Of a stretch of 64,000 bases of DNA, positions 61,320 to 64,000 are shown piece by piece; position 1 is the stretch's first letter; each line of letters starts with the position of its first letter. Both the position numbers and the translations under genes were made by a program. The stretch is from Octopus bimaculoides (lineage: Eukaryota). The notes below the pieces were generated by a model that was not told the DNA's origin, did not search any database, and was given only the letters and a program-made list of their open reading frames with translations. Location of the stretch: positions 158,400,619-158,464,618 of the forward strand of contig NC_068981.1 in the NCBI RefSeq assembly GCF_001194135.2, written 5' to 3'.

Positions 61320-61835
61320 ATATTGAGAGCTTCGATGTTATTCTTGGTGTAATTGAAATAATATTCGAAGAGTTAGCCGCTAGTTGTTGTCGGTAGTTCA
61401 TTATGTTGATGTCAGCTCTGTGTTACTGTTGCCGATAGTCGGTTTGCTTACATTCTACTATAGCCTCGGGCCGACCAAAGCCTTGCGAGAGGATTTGGTA
61501 GACGGAAACTGAAAAAAGCCCGTCGTATATATATATATTTATTTATGTGTTTCAGCCAAGTGGCTGCGGTCATGCTGGTGCATATATATATATATTTTTT
61601 TAAAGTTTCAGCTTAGAGTTGCGGCCATGCTGATGCACCACCATGTATGTGTGTGCATTCCAAAGCTCTCTGGGTGGTGGTCGCATGTCTGTCATTTTAT
61701 GCCTATTGATGAGTTTAGAAAGGTGCGCGCTAAAAGTTGATGTTGTCACTGGAGCCTATTCTAGACGAAGTCGTGATTGGTCAAATGTTATTGGTCACGT
61801 GGTCAACATTCCAGCAAATCGCGGCAACGGGTGAT
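61320..61835. repeat. Second copy of the unclassified repeat, interrupted by SINE fragments at 61455-61630
   Basis: Colinear similarity to 46085-46435 on both sides of the SINE fragments. Confidence 0.65.
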
Positions 61836-62112
61836 TGCTAAATATTTCGCTATAACTCTATACTTAGAGAATTATCAATCAATAATATATCATTGATGTT
61901 TCTAATGCCTATCTTATAGATTTTCTCACCTGATCCAGCTTGATATTCGCTTCAACAGTTTCCCGAACGAAACAGGATCTTTGTCTCAATTTATCGTAAT
62001 CATTTAATGAATACATTATATTTATTTTCTGATGTGTAATCTTGTATTTGAATCAGACCACCAGCTGAAATACTTATCCTTCAAATATGAATATGTATGT
62101 ATGTACGTATGC

Positions 62113-62145
<33 letters not shown>

Positions 62146-62202
62146 CGTATGCATATATGTATGTATGTATGTACGTATGCATATATGTATGTATGTATAT
62201 AT

Positions 62203-62482
62203 TCTTTTACTTGTTTCAGTCATTTGACTGTGGCCATGCTGGAGCACCGCCTTTTAGTCGAGCAAATCGACCCCAGGACTTATTCTTTGTAAGCCTAGTA
62301 CTTATTCTATTGGTCTCTTTTGCCGAACCGCTAAGTTATGGAGACGTAAACACACCAGCATCAGTTGTCAANNNNNNNNNNNNNNNNNNNNNNNNNNNNN
62401 NNNNNNNNNNNNNNNNNNNNNNNNNNNNNNNNNNNNNNNNNNNNNNNNNNNGGGGGGGGGGAATACAGACGCAGAAACATGT

Positions 62483-62559
<77 letters not shown>

Positions 62560-62645
62560 CGACGGGCTTTTTTCAGTTTCCGTCTACCAAATCCTCTTGC
62601 AAGGCTTTGGTCGGCCCGAGGCTATAGTAGAAGACACTTGCCCAT
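62203..62645 (-). repeat. tRNA-head SINE (head truncated, internal N gap)
   Basis: Tail and middle closely match the 63245-63605 copy. Confidence 0.88.
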
Positions 62646-62672
62646 GGCATGCAAACATATGATATATATATA

Positions 62673-62721
<49 letters not shown>

Positions 62722-62893
62722 TAAAGTATATTTGCCAACGCAACGTGATAGTCCTACGTAGGATGATGTTACTACTTTTTAGCCCCAGGTAAACATCTTT
62801 TCCAGCTGACTACCGATACATGATCTGTGTCCGTAAACTGTGAGCAAGGGACCCTACTGCTCCCTTTCTAGCCGTAGCGATACCTATATATAT

Positions 62894-62934
<41 letters not shown>

Positions 62935-63244
62935 CAGATAGATAGATAGATATGTGTGTGTATATGATATACAGGGCGCAAGAGGTATTTGAAGACATAT
63001 TTGGTAATACAATGAAACTACTCTAATCTGGCAAAAGCCAAATGTATTCGAATAAAAATTTGTGCACATGTTCTAGATAAACTTTCTTATTATTTCATTA
63101 ATCTTCCCCGCAGCTTCGATGACTGTTTCTACACGAAACGTCATAAATTCACCCCTCCCAACGGTACATAAACTTACTTCATATTATAAAGTTTTGGTGT
63201 GAATTGAATTATCATATTCCTATTGTATGGAGTTTTAACACTCG

Positions 63245-63605
63245 TTTACTCTTTTACTTGTTTCAGTCATTTGACTGCGGCCATGCTGGAGCACCGCCTT
63301 TAGTCAAGCAAATCGACCCCAGGACTTATTCTTTGTAAGCCTAGTACTTATTGTATCGGTCCGTTTTGCCGAACCGCTAAGTTACGGGGACGTAAACACA
63401 CCACTATCGGTTGTCAAGCGATGTTGGGGGGACAAACACAGACGCACAAACATATACACACACATACATATACAAATCTCACAAGGCTTTGGTCGACCCG
63501 AAGCTATAGTAGAAGACACTTGCCCAAGGTGCCACACAGTGGGAATGAACCCGGAACCACGTGGTTGGTAAGCAAGCTACTTACCACACAGCCTCACCTG
63601 CGCCT
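63245..63605 (-). repeat. tRNA-head SINE
   Basis: tttactcttttacttgtttcagtcatttgactgcggccatgctggagc...gacacttgcccaaggtgcc...ttaccacacagcc. Confidence 0.9.
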
Positions 63606-64000
63606 ACACGAACAAAATATGTTTCTTAAACAGGGTAAATGCTTCTTATTTAACGATTTTAATATGGTACAAATGTAACTTCTCAGCGCCTTTCACGAAT
63701 TCCACTCCGTAGCTAGTATTCGGTCCTGACGTCAATTCTTTTTCCGTCCATATTTATCATGTAACCATTGATCATCGGTTGTTCAATGTGAGCGTTAACA
63801 GTATAGGTTTCACCAGTTTGGGATTGCTTGAAAAAGTTATGGGCACTGTCCTTCGTCCTCTAACTGACATGTAAAACTAAATTAACGCAGCGCCACCTTG
63901 TAGTTCTTACTGCTCAACTAACTTTGTGCCGTCTATTTCCCAAGGGAAAGGATTGACGTTACGCTATATCTCTTTATGATATTCTGCTCTAAAGATGGCA

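Noticed and set aside
63885-63905. CTCF-like motif gcagcgccaccttgtagt
   Set aside because: Partial match only; a single short motif is not evidence of binding.

Overview
AT-rich, microsatellite-dense animal genomic DNA with many N gaps. The SINE families and repeat content point to an octopod cephalopod (Octopus sp.); this is inference from recognition, not a database search. The only host protein-coding gene I can support is the 3' part of an SLC41 (MgtE-like Mg2+ transporter) gene: five + strand exons between 1446 and 9783 that splice in frame with GT-AG introns. There is one intact tRNA-Gln(UUG) gene (36148-36219) and a decayed tRNA-Asp copy. The rest is transposon debris from many superfamilies: RTE, Tx1/L1-like and R4/Dong-like LINE fragments, a Gypsy integrase fragment and solo LTRs, Tc1/mariner elements (DD37E, DD37D, mariner, Tigger/pogo), a Buster-type hAT, a Merlin transposase relic, MITEs, and tens of tRNA-derived SINE copies. 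The most unusual structure is a 587-bp Merlin-like MITE (8-bp TSD, 37-bp TIR) whose centre is a palindrome of telomeric repeats, (TAACCC)4-TA-(GGGTTA)5. Also notable are a sharp CpG-poor to CpG-rich boundary near 18 kb, two long hairpins, and degenerate hammerhead-like motifs. I found no convincing new multi-gene system. Most ORFs in the supplied track are microsatellite or N-gap artefacts.
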